Source: Candidatus Omnitrophota bacterium (GTDB lineage Bacteria; Omnitrophota; Gorgyraeia; JABMRG01; JAFGKX01). Taken from it: a DNA stretch of 64,000 nucleotides. Each line of letters starts with the position of its first letter. Within the stretch, counting starts at the first letter, position 1. The translations under genes and the position numbers were made by a program. Shown piece by piece: positions 18,823-29,642 of the stretch. A model generated the notes under the pieces. The model was not told the DNA's origin, ran no database searches, and saw only the letters and a program-made list of their open reading frames with translations. The stretch spans positions 67,098-131,097 of the forward strand of contig JAZDPX010000023.1 of the NCBI GenBank assembly GCA_043797125.1, written 5' to 3'.

Positions 18823-19632
18823 ATGGCTATATTAATACCGACAATAGTATTAGGCGGGCTAGGTCTTATCTTCGGGCTTTGGCTGGCATTTGCGCTTAAG
18901 ATATTTCACGTAGAGACAGACCCGAGGGCTGAGCAGATACTAAAAATCCTGCCCGGGGCAAACTGCGGCGCGTGTGGGTTTGCCGGATGCCAGGGATTTG
19001 CAGAAGCGCTTATAAGAGGTAAGACAGAGCTTAGTTGTTGCGCATTGTGCGGAAATGAAATGCGCGAGCGTTTAGGAACTATTTTAGGCGTTGAGGCAAC
19101 GCAAAAAATAAAGCGATTAGCCACTTTAAAATGCGGCGGCGGCACAAGGTGCGCTGACAAATATGATTATTCAGGCCCTGAGACATGCATGGCTGCAGAG
19201 ATGCTGTTAGGCGGCAATAAGGCATGCCACTATGCGTGCCTTGGTTTCGGCGATTGCAAGCTCGTCTGCCCTTTTAATGCTATTACGATGGGAGAAGACA
19301 GGCTCCCGTCTATAAATCCGGAGAAATGCACTGCCTGCGGCAAATGCGTTACAGCCTGCCCAAAAAAAGTTCTTGTTTTAACGCTTTTTGATAAATTATA
19401 TCATATAAAGTGCAGTTCAAGGGACAAAGGCGCTAAGGTTATGAAGATTTGCAAGGTAGGCTGTATCGCCTGCGGCAAATGCGCAACTACATGCCCTACG
19501 AAAGCCATTGTAATAAAGGATAATTTAGCTGTTATAGATTATGAGAAATGCATAAATTGCGGGGCGTGTTTTAAGGTATGCCCCACGCACGCGATAGAGC
19601 AAGGGAGGCAAAATGAGCGAAGGGATAATTGA
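18823..19632 (+). CDS. rnfB: Rnf subunit B (polyferredoxin)
   Basis: LPGANCGACGFAGC plus several 4Fe-4S motifs. Confidence 0.96.
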   Translation: MAILIPTIVLGGLGLIFGLWLAFALKIFHVETDPRAEQILKILPGANCGACGFAGCQGFAEALIRGKTELSCCALCGNEMRERLGTILGVEATQKIKRLATLKCGGGTRCADKYDYSGPETCMAAEMLLGGNKACHYACLGFGDCKLVCPFNAITMGEDRLPSINPEKCTACGKCVTACPKKVLVLTLFDKLYHIKCSSRDKGAKVMKICKVGCIACGKCATTCPTKAIVIKDNLAVIDYEKCINCGACFKVCPTHAIEQGRQNERRDN

Positions 19633-19938
19633 GCTGACAGACAAGAATTTTAAATCCAACATTGAAAAGGGAATAATCCTTGTAGACTTCTGGGCTTCCT
19701 GGTGCGCTCCGTGCCATATGATAGCGCCGATTGTTGAAGAAGTTGCAAAGGAATATAAAGACAAGATACGCGTCGGAAAACTTAATGTTGATGCCAACCA
19801 GTTAACTGCAGCTGATTTGGAATAGTAAGTATTCCGAGCCTCATACTTTTTAAGGAAGGCAGGGAAGAGGCCAGGATAATAGGCGTCGTCCCGAAAGCCA
19901 AGATAATGGAAAAGATAGACCCGCTTATCGAGACATAG
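19613..19938 (+). pseudogene. trxA: Thioredoxin with a single-base frameshift near 19816-19818
   Basis: DFWASWCAPC. The shifted frame continues GIVSIPSLILFKEG...IIGVVPK to TAG at 19936-38. Confidence 0.85.
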
Positions 19939-19940
19939 GC

Positions 19941-21137
19941 ATGAATCACTTGACGCTTGTTTTAGATGTCGGCACCACCACTGTTAAAGGGCTTTTAATA
20001 AAAAAGCCTAAAGAAAAAGAGCTGGCCTCGGAGTTTGTTTTAAATGAGCAGATTAAATACGGCGAAGATATTATAACCAGAATAGATTTTGCTTTAAAAA
20101 GCCACGAGAATGCGGATAAATTAAAAAAAGCCGTACTTGGTTCTGTAAATGAGCTGGTTAAAAAACTTGTAAGCCAGCTTGCATATAAAGCACATGATAT
20201 AAAAGAGGCGGTGGTTGTCTGCAACACTGCCATGCATCATCTGTTCCTGGGTATTTCCGCAGCCACGCTGATAAAACCGCCTTATAAAGCATTACAAAAA
20301 TCAGAAATTATAATAAACGCTCGCGAGGCAGGCATTGATATATCTAAAGATGCGCCTGTAATAATTTTGCCGAACATCGGCGGCTTTGTGGGCTCAGATG
20401 CCATAGGCCTTATAATTGCATCAGGCATATACAAAGATAATAACGTTAAGTTGGCAATAGACATAGGCACTAATGGTGAAGTTGTATTGGGTTCGGCGCA
20501 GGAGATTCTGGTAACATCCACCGCCGCAGGGCCTGCATTTGAAGGCGGGTATGTAAGCTGCGGCATGCCAGCTGTAAATGGCGCAATCGAAAAAGTAAAG
20601 ATACTTAAAAACGGCTCAGTGAAAATATCCACAATAGGCAGCGTGGCTCCAAAAGGAATATGTGGCAGCGGCCTTATAGATTTGGTAGCGGAAATGTTCA
20701 GAACAGGGCTAGTCGATAAAACCGGCAAGATGAAAGAGCAAAGTTTTAATTTATATAAAAAAGGCAATACAGCTATTTTCATAACGCAGGCAGATATAAG
20801 AAAATTGCAGCTTGCAAAGGCAGCCATATATGCGGCTGCCAAGATTTTGATGAGGCATATGAATATAGAAAAATCAGAAATTTCCAAAGTTATAATGACA
20901 GGCTCTTTCGGCAGTTGTGTAGACCCGAAAAACGCCCTTTTGTTAGGGCTTTTGCCGGGCGTTTCCGCATCGCGTGTGGAGTTCATAAAAGACGCAAGTC
21001 TAATCGGCGCAAAAAGATATATATTATCGAAAGAAATACAAAATCAGTTAATCTCTGTTTTAAGCAAGGTCAAAAGGATTCCGCTTGCAGGTAAAAGTTT
21101 TCAAGATATATATGCGGATTCCATGGCGTTTGCGTAA
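19941..21137 (+). CDS. ASKHA/DUF4445 RACo-like corrinoid activation ATPase lacking the N-terminal 2Fe-2S domain
   Basis: DVGTTT, YGEDIITRI, GGFVGSD, IDIGTNGE, AAGPAFEG, GICGSG, LQLAKAAI. Confidence 0.88.
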   Translation: MNHLTLVLDVGTTTVKGLLIKKPKEKELASEFVLNEQIKYGEDIITRIDFALKSHENADKLKKAVLGSVNELVKKLVSQLAYKAHDIKEAVVVCNTAMHHLFLGISAATLIKPPYKALQKSEIIINAREAGIDISKDAPVIILPNIGGFVGSDAIGLIIASGIYKDNNVKLAIDIGTNGEVVLGSAQEILVTSTAAGPAFEGGYVSCGMPAVNGAIEKVKILKNGSVKISTIGSVAPKGICGSGLIDLVAEMFRTGLVDKTGKMKEQSFNLYKKGNTAIFITQADIRKLQLAKAAIYAAAKILMRHMNIEKSEISKVIMTGSFGSCVDPKNALLLGLLPGVSASRVEFIKDASLIGAKRYILSKEIQNQLISVLSKVKRIPLAGKSFQDIYADSMAFA

Positions 21138-21153
21138 TTAAGAAAGGCGCAAC

Positions 21154-21756
21154 ATGAATATAGCTGTATTTTGCTCAGGTAACGGCACCAATTTCCAGGC
21201 AATTGTCGATGCCTCCAAGAAAAAAGTTTTTAACGCTACTATATCGATTATGGTTTGTGATAATAAAGACGCCTTTGCCCTGGAGAGGGCAAAAAGCGAA
21301 GGTATAGAGACCCTGCTTGTATTAAGGGAGAATTTTAATACGCAGCAGGAGTTTGAAAGCAAGATAATCGCCTGTCTTAAAAAAGAGGATATAAAACTTA
21401 TATGCTTAGCCGGTTTTATGAGGATTTTAAGCCCCGAATTTGTCAACAAATATGAAGCGAGAATAATAAATATTCATCCGGCGCTTTTACCTTCATTTAA
21501 GGGAGCCCATGCTATAAAAGACGCTTTTGAATATGGCGTTAAGGTAACCGGGGTGACAGTGCACTTTGTTACCGACGAGCTTGATTCTGGACCCATTATT
21601 CTTCAGGAGCATGTGAAAGTTGAAGAAAAAGATACTCTGAAGAGTTTGGAAAAGAAGATACACAAGATAGAACATAAACTATATCCTGAGGCCATAAGGC
21701 TTTTTACAGAAGGCAAATTAAGAATAAAAGGAAAAAAGGTCGAGAGTAAAAAATGA
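21154..21756 (+). CDS. purN: Phosphoribosylglycinamide formyltransferase
   Basis: SGNGTNFQAI, LAGFMRIL, NIHPALLP, VHFV...DSGPII. Confidence 0.97.
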   Translation: MNIAVFCSGNGTNFQAIVDASKKKVFNATISIMVCDNKDAFALERAKSEGIETLLVLRENFNTQQEFESKIIACLKKEDIKLICLAGFMRILSPEFVNKYEARIINIHPALLPSFKGAHAIKDAFEYGVKVTGVTVHFVTDELDSGPIILQEHVKVEEKDTLKSLEKKIHKIEHKLYPEAIRLFTEGKLRIKGKKVESKK

Positions 21757-23192
21757 TAAAGTTCGGCACATCCGGCTGGAGGGCGATTATAAGCGATGAG
21801 TTTACGTTTGATAATGTGAAGCTAGTGACACAAGCAATTGCAAATATGCTAAAGAAAAGCCCACAGCCCACAGCCCACAGCCCACAGCTAAGTGTAGTGG
21901 TCGGGTATGATACGAGGTTTCTGTCGAAAGAATTCGCGCAAGCCTGCGCAGATGTTTTAGCTTCAAACAATATCGAGGTTTTACTTTGCGATAGAGATAC
22001 GCCGACGCCGGTGATTGCTTATCAAATTCTAAAAAATAAAGCAGCAGGGGGCATAAACTTTACAGCAAGCCATAATCCCCCGGAGTATAACGGGATAAAG
22101 TTCTCGCCGGAAACAGCAGCCCCTGCTCCGCCGGAGGTTACCAAGCAAATCGAAGAGGAGATTTGCAGGTTGCAGAGCTCACAGCCCAGTGCGAAGCGAA
22201 GCGAAGCCTCCCCGAAGGGGACAGCCCAGAGCCCACAGCAAAAATACATTAAAACCTTTGACCCCAAGCCCGAATATTTTAAACAGATAAAGAAACTAAT
22301 AAATTTCACCGCCATTAGGAAGGCGAAGCTAAAAATCGCTATTGACTGCCTTTACGGCACATCAAGGGCTTACCTGGATACGCTGCTTAAAGACGCGAAT
22401 TGCAAAGTGGAAGTCCTGCACGACTGGCTCAACCCGTCTTTTGACGGCAAAAGGCCGGAGCCCGCAGAAGAAAACATACAGGCCCTGATTGAATGCGTAA
22501 AAAAGAGGAAGATGCATATAGGCCTATCCTGCGACGGCGATGCCGACAGATTTGGCATTGTTGATTCTGACGGCACTGTCATATCCGCTAACCAGGTTAT
22601 ATCGCTTTTGCTCTATCATTTAATTAAAACAAGACCGCTCAAGAAACATCCTACAGCTGCGCGCACAGTCGCGACCACTCATATGGTAGATAAAATCTGC
22701 GAAAAATTCGGCGTAAAAGTGCATGAAACCCCGGTAGGCTTTAAGTATTTCGCAGAATATTTAATCGGTGAAAATTGTGTTATTGCCGGCGAAGAATCAG
22801 GCGGGCTTTCAATTTCAGGACATGTGCCTGAAAAAGACGGGATACTTGCCTGTCTTTTAATGGCGGAGATGGTGGCAATTAATAAAAAACCGGCAGGAAA
22901 ATTATTGGAGGCTTTATATAAAGAATTCGGATATTTTTATTTTGAAAGGCTTGACCTTGCCATGAGCGAGGATAAAAAGAAAAAGCTCATGGACGGCCTG
23001 ATGAATAATACGCCGCAAACCTTTGCAAATCAGAAGATAGCCTCGGTGAATAAAAGCGACGGGTGCAAACTGCAGTTTGAGGATGAGTCGTGGGCATTAT
23101 TCAGGGCTTCGGGCACAGAACCTATTGTGCGTTGTTATTTCGAGGCCAGGACCTCAAAAAGGCTGAAAGAACTGATAGCCGCCGGAAAAGGG

Positions 23193-23201
<9 letters not shown>
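21753..23201 (+). CDS. Phosphoglucomutase/phosphomannomutase family
   Basis: FGTSGWR, TASHNP, DGDADR, GEESGG, RASGTEP; two in-frame repeat insertions. Confidence 0.95.
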
Positions 23202-24527
<1,326 letters not shown>

Positions 24528-24542
24528 CACCGCATAACAGGT

Positions 24543-24815
24543 ATGTTAAACTTCAGCAGGACAGATATAATTATTTTTTCGATAATTATCGCGGTTGTAT
24601 TGGCTATTTTTATCCCAGGATATTCAAAATTACAGAAACTTAAGAGCGAAAATCAGGGCTTGACAGAACAGATAGAACGCCTTACAATAGAGAACACCAA
24701 GCTGGCTAAAGAAGCCACAAAATTGGAAAAGGACCCTCTTCATATAGAGGGCGTCGCCCGGGAAAAGATGGGCATGAGTAAAAAGGGCGAATTGATCTAT
24801 AAAATAGAAGAATAA
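24543..24815 (+). CDS. ftsB: Septum formation initiator FtsB/DivIC
   Basis: TM + coiled coil + IEGVAREKMGM..KGE; canonical position after eno. Confidence 0.88.
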   Translation: MLNFSRTDIIIFSIIIAVVLAIFIPGYSKLQKLKSENQGLTEQIERLTIENTKLAKEATKLEKDPLHIEGVAREKMGMSKKGELIYKIEE

Positions 24816-24821
24816 AAACGA

Positions 24822-24898
24822 TGCGGGGTGGAGCAGCCAGGTAGCTCGACAGGCTCATAACCTGTAGGTCCTCGGTTCAAATCCGAGCCCCGCTACCA
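24822..24898 (+). tRNA. tRNA-Met(CAT), initiator type
   Basis: Unpaired 1:72, A11:U24, loop CTCATAA, CCA. Confidence 0.93.
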
Positions 24899-24908
24899 AA
24901 ATGAAGAC

Positions 24909-25001
24909 AAGGCTTACGGAGTCCCGACGCTTCGGGACGACGTAAGCCTTTTGTCTGAATTTTGTCCCGAGGAGTCCCGACGCTACGGGATGACGAGGGA
25001 C
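24909..25001. repeat. Terminator-like hairpin with nested GTCCCGACGCTWCGGGA palindromic units
   Basis: AAGGCTTACG...CGTAAGCCTT encloses GTCCCGACGCTTCGGGAC; a second copy lies near 24974-24991. Confidence 0.6.
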
Positions 25002-25052
25002 TTCGAGGATGTAATCCTTTACAATCTCGCTTTTTGCGAGTATAATAAACCA

Positions 25053-25178
25053 GTGAAAAAAATTGTTACTTTAATCCTCATAATAGTCATGCCGATATGG
25101 TTAAGCGGATGCGCGTTGATAGGAACAGCGCTAAGTGTTGCAGCTGCATACGGTTTATACAAGGCATTTGAAAAATAG
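25053..25178 (+). CDS. 41-aa small lipoprotein
   Basis: GTG start, KKIVTLILIIVMPIWLSG-C lipobox; TTTACA-17-TATAAT promoter at 25018-25046. Confidence 0.7.
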   Translation: MKKIVTLILIIVMPIWLSGCALIGTALSVAAAYGLYKAFEK

Positions 25179-25201
25179 ATTTTTTACCAAAGGTATAAAC
25201 G

Positions 25202-25555
25202 ATGGAATATACAGGCAAAGAAAAAAGAAAATTTCCACGAACCGACCATGCCTATACAATAAGTTTTAAAAAACACAATGACCCGGCTGCTGATTGGGAT
25301 ATAAGCAATACCATGGATTTAAGTTTAGGCGGCGCGTTTTTTATAAGTAGAGAATTTTTACCTCCCGATACGGAACTGGATATAAATCTGAAGATCCCTT
25401 CGCAGAAAGAAGATTGTAAATGCCTTGCGCTCGTAAAAAGATGCAATGGCCCGGTTAAAAATACATATTATAAGATAGCTGCAAACTTCAAACATCAAGA
25501 TAAACTTTTCCAAGAGCCTCTTAAGAGATCCCTGGATTTCTTTCTAAATCAGTAA
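25202..25555 (+). CDS. Single-domain PilZ protein
   Basis: EKRKFPR and DLSLGG c-di-GMP motifs. Confidence 0.9.
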   Translation: MEYTGKEKRKFPRTDHAYTISFKKHNDPAADWDISNTMDLSLGGAFFISREFLPPDTELDINLKIPSQKEDCKCLALVKRCNGPVKNTYYKIAANFKHQDKLFQEPLKRSLDFFLNQ

Positions 25556-25597
25556 TAACTAATAAAAACTATTTACTATTGTATCTGAATTTTTCAG

Positions 25598-25626
25598 TTG
25601 ACAAAAACGACTTTTTTTGCTATGAT
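25598..25626 (+). promoter_or_regulatory. sigma70 promoter of the ROK gene
   Basis: TTGACA, 17 bp, TATGAT preceded by TGn (extended -10). Confidence 0.7.
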
Positions 25627-25682
25627 TTATAAAGAGTTTTTAAAAATATGCTCGCCACAGGGCGAAGCAGGGAGGTAATAAA

Positions 25683-26915
25683 ATGACTATACGGCAAACT
25701 TTATTTAGGGATCAGGTACTTTCTGATCGGGAAAGGAAAAATCTCGCTATTCTGGATATCATAAGGAAAAGCGGGCCTGTAACAAGGACAGAAATTTCAA
25801 GGATAACCAAGCTAAACATAGTAACTGTTTCGAATTATGTAAACAGCTACATTGACAAAGACCTGGTTGTGGAGAAGGGTTATGATGTCTCAACAGGAGG
25901 CAGAAAGCCTACGCTGGTCGAGCTTAATTCAAAACAGGGTTATGTAATAGGCATAGACATAGGCCCTGTGAATATGACAGCTGTTTTGACTGACCTATCA
26001 AATAATGTGCTAAGTAAGATTAAGAAGCCGCGCCCGGAAGGCCCAATGAATGAGGTAATAACCAGTTCAATAGAGATGGTTTATGAGATAATTGAAAAGT
26101 CTAAGGTTGATAAGGCTAAAGTAAAAGGGGTTGGGTTGGGGATATCGGGCGTAATTGACGCTGTAGCAGGCACTGTAAGGGATACAGATCCAACGAGGGG
26201 ACAGACCACCGGTAGTTATGTTTCTGTGAAATCCATGGTTGAAAAAGAGTTTAATATGCCTACTTTTGTCGGCAATGATGCTACTGTAGCGGCATTCGGC
26301 GAAAAACGCTTAGGCCTTGAGCAGGAAATTAATGATATGCTTTATGTTTACTCGGATGTAGGCTGCGGCATAATAATCAAGGGTGAGATATATTGCGGAG
26401 CCGGAGGCAGCGCCGGAGAACTGCAACTTGCAACAGACAACCCATATGCCGAGAAATTCACATACTGGCAGAAGGATCCGACATATTTAAGGCCGTGGGG
26501 AGTTGATTTAGGCATAACTAACGAGGCTAAGAAGATTCTTACCAAGGAAAAGTCTTCCTCAAAAATACTGGATTTGGCCGGTGGCAATGTTGATGACATA
26601 AACATTGATATGGTAATCGAGGCAGCCAAGGCAGATGATAAGATAGCATTGGAATTGCTTGAGAATGCAGGACATCACTTAGGCGTGAGAATAGCTTATC
26701 TTATAAATCTGTTTAATCCGGAAATAGTGGTTGTAGGCGGCGGCGTAGAAAGAGCTGGTGAGCTATTCCTTGGGCCGATAAGGCAGGCTGTAAGAGGCCT
26801 GGCTTATGAAGAGCCTGCAAATACCGTTAAGATTATACCATCCAGGTTAGGTGATAGCGCTGTAGCTCTTGGCGCAGCAGCTTTGGTGTTAAGAGAGATT
26901 TTCGCCAGGATGTAG
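25683..26915 (+). CDS. ROK-family transcriptional regulator (NagC/XylR-like)
   Basis: N-terminal HTH, STGGRKP, GIDIG, NDATVAAFGE, NLFNPEIVVVGGG. Confidence 0.95.
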   Translation: MTIRQTLFRDQVLSDRERKNLAILDIIRKSGPVTRTEISRITKLNIVTVSNYVNSYIDKDLVVEKGYDVSTGGRKPTLVELNSKQGYVIGIDIGPVNMTAVLTDLSNNVLSKIKKPRPEGPMNEVITSSIEMVYEIIEKSKVDKAKVKGVGLGISGVIDAVAGTVRDTDPTRGQTTGSYVSVKSMVEKEFNMPTFVGNDATVAAFGEKRLGLEQEINDMLYVYSDVGCGIIIKGEIYCGAGGSAGELQLATDNPYAEKFTYWQKDPTYLRPWGVDLGITNEAKKILTKEKSSSKILDLAGGNVDDINIDMVIEAAKADDKIALELLENAGHHLGVRIAYLINLFNPEIVVVGGGVERAGELFLGPIRQAVRGLAYEEPANTVKIIPSRLGDSAVALGAAALVLREIFARM

Positions 26916-26933
26916 GAATATATCAGCAATAAA

Positions 26934-26969
26934 AAAAAGTAGGGGAGGCTTAAGCCTCCCCTACTTTTT
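26934..26969. terminator. Bidirectional intrinsic terminator
   Basis: AAAAAGTAGGGGAGGCTTAAGCCTCCCCTACTTTTT. Confidence 0.85.
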
Positions 26970-27006
26970 GCCCTTCAAAAAAACTCACAAAATCGCTACA
27001 AAATCC

Positions 27007-27078
27007 TTGACACAGTATACACTGTATGATACAGTTATTATACAGCTTGTGATTAGATGATACTGTTGTGATACGGTT
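27007..27078 (+). promoter_or_regulatory. RND operon promoter overlapped by four 11-bp direct repeats
   Basis: TTGACA 27007-12, 17 bp, TACAGT with TGn. Repeats ATGATACAGTT, ATTATACAGCT, ATGATACTGTT, GTGATACGGTT. Confidence 0.72.
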
Positions 27079-27094
27079 AAAAAAAGGAGACGGG

Positions 27095-29632
27095 GTGGGA
27101 CGTCTTTTTCTTTTTATATGTGTATTATTATGTGTCTTATTAGTTTCAAGCGGTGAGCTTTCTGCAGAGACCAGCCCTTATTTATTAGCAGATTTAAGTT
27201 ATGAAGTTATGCAGGGGCATGCCGACGTTATATTAGCAATCAACGAAAAAGTAGATTACATATATTCGCAATTTGAAGACCCCTATCGGATAGTAATTGA
27301 TCTGGTAGGGGTTATTTACTGCGAGCTCGAACAAAAAATCGAATTTCAAGAAGGGCCTGTTGAATCAGTTGCAATTGTTGAAAACAGCAATGCGCCAAGG
27401 CCCGAAGGCCTGGATAAATATTTTTATGCCGTTGACTATCTTATCATTCAATTGCGCCAGGGCTATCCGTATAATGTTTTTAGTTCTAATGACGGCAAGG
27501 TTATTATAGCCCAGGTAAAAACAGAAACGCCTGGCGCGCAAACTAGCGCAAAAGAAGAAACCCAGGCACTACCCTCTCTTAATAAACGCGATGTTCTTAC
27601 CATGCCTGCCAGAGACCAGGCGCAAATTATCCACAAAGAAAAACCGGCAATTTTGGAAGACCTTGAGTACGAGGTTAATCCTAATTCATCCATTGTTTCT
27701 ATCATATCCAGCAAGGATTTGCAAACAACTATTTACGAGCAGTACGACCCGTATAGAATAACAATAGTCCCTTCGTGCGATGTCTACTGCGAATTGCAGG
27801 AAATAATAGAGCCCATAGATGGTTTAATTCACTCAATATCAATCAATCGCGATATTTCTGATAAAGAACTGGAAAATCTGGATGAGTTTTTTTACCCGGT
27901 CAAAGACATAACCATCGAACCTGTAATACAGATACCCTTTACAGTGCACAACGCCGAGAGCGGGGCCATTATAATTGTGCGCTTGGAAAAACCTAAGGCA
28001 TCCGAAGAAAAAAAATTAGAGCTTGTTATGGAAGTGCCTCAAAAAAGCCAGGAGCTAGAAACGCCAGAGACAAAGGCGCCGGAACTACTCCAAGCAGGAT
28101 TAACAACGGATGATAAAGAAAAAATAGTCCAACAGATTACCGACAGGCTGCATGAAAAACAACAGCAGCTTTTTGATAGCAAGGAAGAACAAGAACACAG
28201 AGACAGGCTCATCAGAGAGGCAAGAGATAAGGCAATGGCTATCAGGGAAGTAGAAAAGATAGGCATGGAGCAGCTTGAGGATTTAATGGTAAGGGGCGAG
28301 GGGACAATTAAGCTTGGCTATTGCCAGGATATGGCCCTTTCATATAGCGAGGATGCAAAAGTAGCGCAAGAAGAGATCAAACTTTCCTCGATGAAGCTTA
28401 AAGAAAATTTCCGCGCGCTATTTCCGAACGTAAAGCTCAAAGGTTCAAAAACAACAGGGGATGTATTGGGCGTAGATTTTATTGAGAAGCTCTATGGCGT
28501 TGAAGCAGAATATCCTATTTATCAAGGCACAAGGCTCTGGAGCGCCTATCAGCAGAGCAAGGTTAATCTGAATTTATCTAAGGCGAGGTATGATAAGGCG
28601 GTTAACGACGTCGACTATAAAGCAGCGGATGCTTATTACAGCAGCGTTACCGCGACAATGAACCTGAGGCTTCAAAAAGAACTGCTTAAGAAAGCGGAAG
28701 AGATTTTAGCCATGGCCGAAAAAAGGCGCTCAACGGGCCTAAGCACGGATCTTGAGCTTTTTAACGTAAAATCCCAGTATAACCAGGTCCAGTTTCAGTT
28801 AGCGTCCGCGGAAAGAGACCTCGCCCTGGCAAAATTTAAATTAGAGCAGGCAATGGGATTTGATATTGCCAAGCAACGCATCGGCACGGAAGAAATAGAG
28901 ACAGAATTAAAATTTGAAATTGTCAGCATAGACCTCAATAAATGCCTGGAACTGGCGCAGGACTACCATCCCGACATCTTGGTCAACGAGTTATTGGTTG
29001 AGTCCAATGAATATGACGAAAAGATAGCCAAGTCCAAAGATGATTTTAAGGTGGATCTGACGGGATTCTACGGAAGGTCCGGCTCTCATTATGAAACAGA
29101 GCCGGATAAGATGGATAAAGACTGGAATGTGGGCGTTAAGGTAAGCAAGCCGTTCTGGGGCAATACCGCCAGCTATTCATTTACCAGGGAGGAAACAAAG
29201 AGAAAAGTGGGCCAGACCGACAGACAAGGCACGATAGTAAATTCCGGAGAATTCTCCATATTGGATGCCATGGATGTCGGTTCAGGCATGCAAGAAGCGC
29301 GCATAAAAAGGCATAAGGCGCAGAATGAGCTTCTTGAAACCCGCCGTCAGGTCAATATGGATGTAAAAGAGGCATATTACAACTGCCAGGAAGCTATAAT
29401 ACAGGTTAAAAACGCGCTGGAAAAAGTGAGGTATCAGAAAGAGGCTCTCAAAACCGCCAGGATGCAGGCGCAACTTAACGAGGCGTTGCAATCCCAGGTA
29501 ATTGAAGCGGAGATAAAATTGGCGGACGAGAGATCACAGCACATAAAGGCCCTGTCAGATTACAGTTTTTCATTAGTAAAGCTTAATAAGGCGGTGGGAA
29601 TAAAAGATTATTTTAACATGGAATCAAAATAA
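27095..29632 (+). CDS. TolC-family outer-membrane factor with two N-terminal AMIN-like domains
   Basis: GTG 27095 after AGGAG; signal peptide; two DPYRI-containing repeats; C-terminal OEP pattern (ALFPNVKL, ADAYY, KEAYY, LNKAVG). Confidence 0.85.
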   Translation: MGRLFLFICVLLCVLLVSSGELSAETSPYLLADLSYEVMQGHADVILAINEKVDYIYSQFEDPYRIVIDLVGVIYCELEQKIEFQEGPVESVAIVENSNAPRPEGLDKYFYAVDYLIIQLRQGYPYNVFSSNDGKVIIAQVKTETPGAQTSAKEETQALPSLNKRDVLTMPARDQAQIIHKEKPAILEDLEYEVNPNSSIVSIISSKDLQTTIYEQYDPYRITIVPSCDVYCELQEIIEPIDGLIHSISINRDISDKELENLDEFFYPVKDITIEPVIQIPFTVHNAESGAIIIVRLEKPKASEEKKLELVMEVPQKSQELETPETKAPELLQAGLTTDDKEKIVQQITDRLHEKQQQLFDSKEEQEHRDRLIREARDKAMAIREVEKIGMEQLEDLMVRGEGTIKLGYCQDMALSYSEDAKVAQEEIKLSSMKLKENFRALFPNVKLKGSKTTGDVLGVDFIEKLYGVEAEYPIYQGTRLWSAYQQSKVNLNLSKARYDKAVNDVDYKAADAYYSSVTATMNLRLQKELLKKAEEILAMAEKRRSTGLSTDLELFNVKSQYNQVQFQLASAERDLALAKFKLEQAMGFDIAKQRIGTEEIETELKFEIVSIDLNKCLELAQDYHPDILVNELLVESNEYDEKIAKSKDDFKVDLTGFYGRSGSHYETEPDKMDKDWNVGVKVSKPFWGNTASYSFTREETKRKVGQTDRQGTIVNSGEFSILDAMDVGSGMQEARIKRHKAQNELLETRRQVNMDVKEAYYNCQEAIIQVKNALEKVRYQKEALKTARMQAQLNEALQSQVIEAEIKLADERSQHIKALSDYSFSLVKLNKAVGIKDYFNMESK

Positions 29633-29642
29633 GGGGTTGAAA

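Noticed and set aside
19800-19830. Programmed frameshift or stop read-through in trx
   Set aside because: No slippery heptamer or stimulatory structure is seen, and TAG read-through meets TAA immediately; a simple 1-bp deletion explains it.
24951-25052. 5' extension of the lipoprotein ORF (track start 24951)
   Set aside because: It lies in palindromic repeats upstream of the promoter; GTG 25053 gives a proper lipoprotein signal.
27026-27078. Direct repeats as a CRISPR array or replication iterons
   Set aside because: Units are 11 bp and abutting, without unique spacers; no cas or rep gene is in the window.
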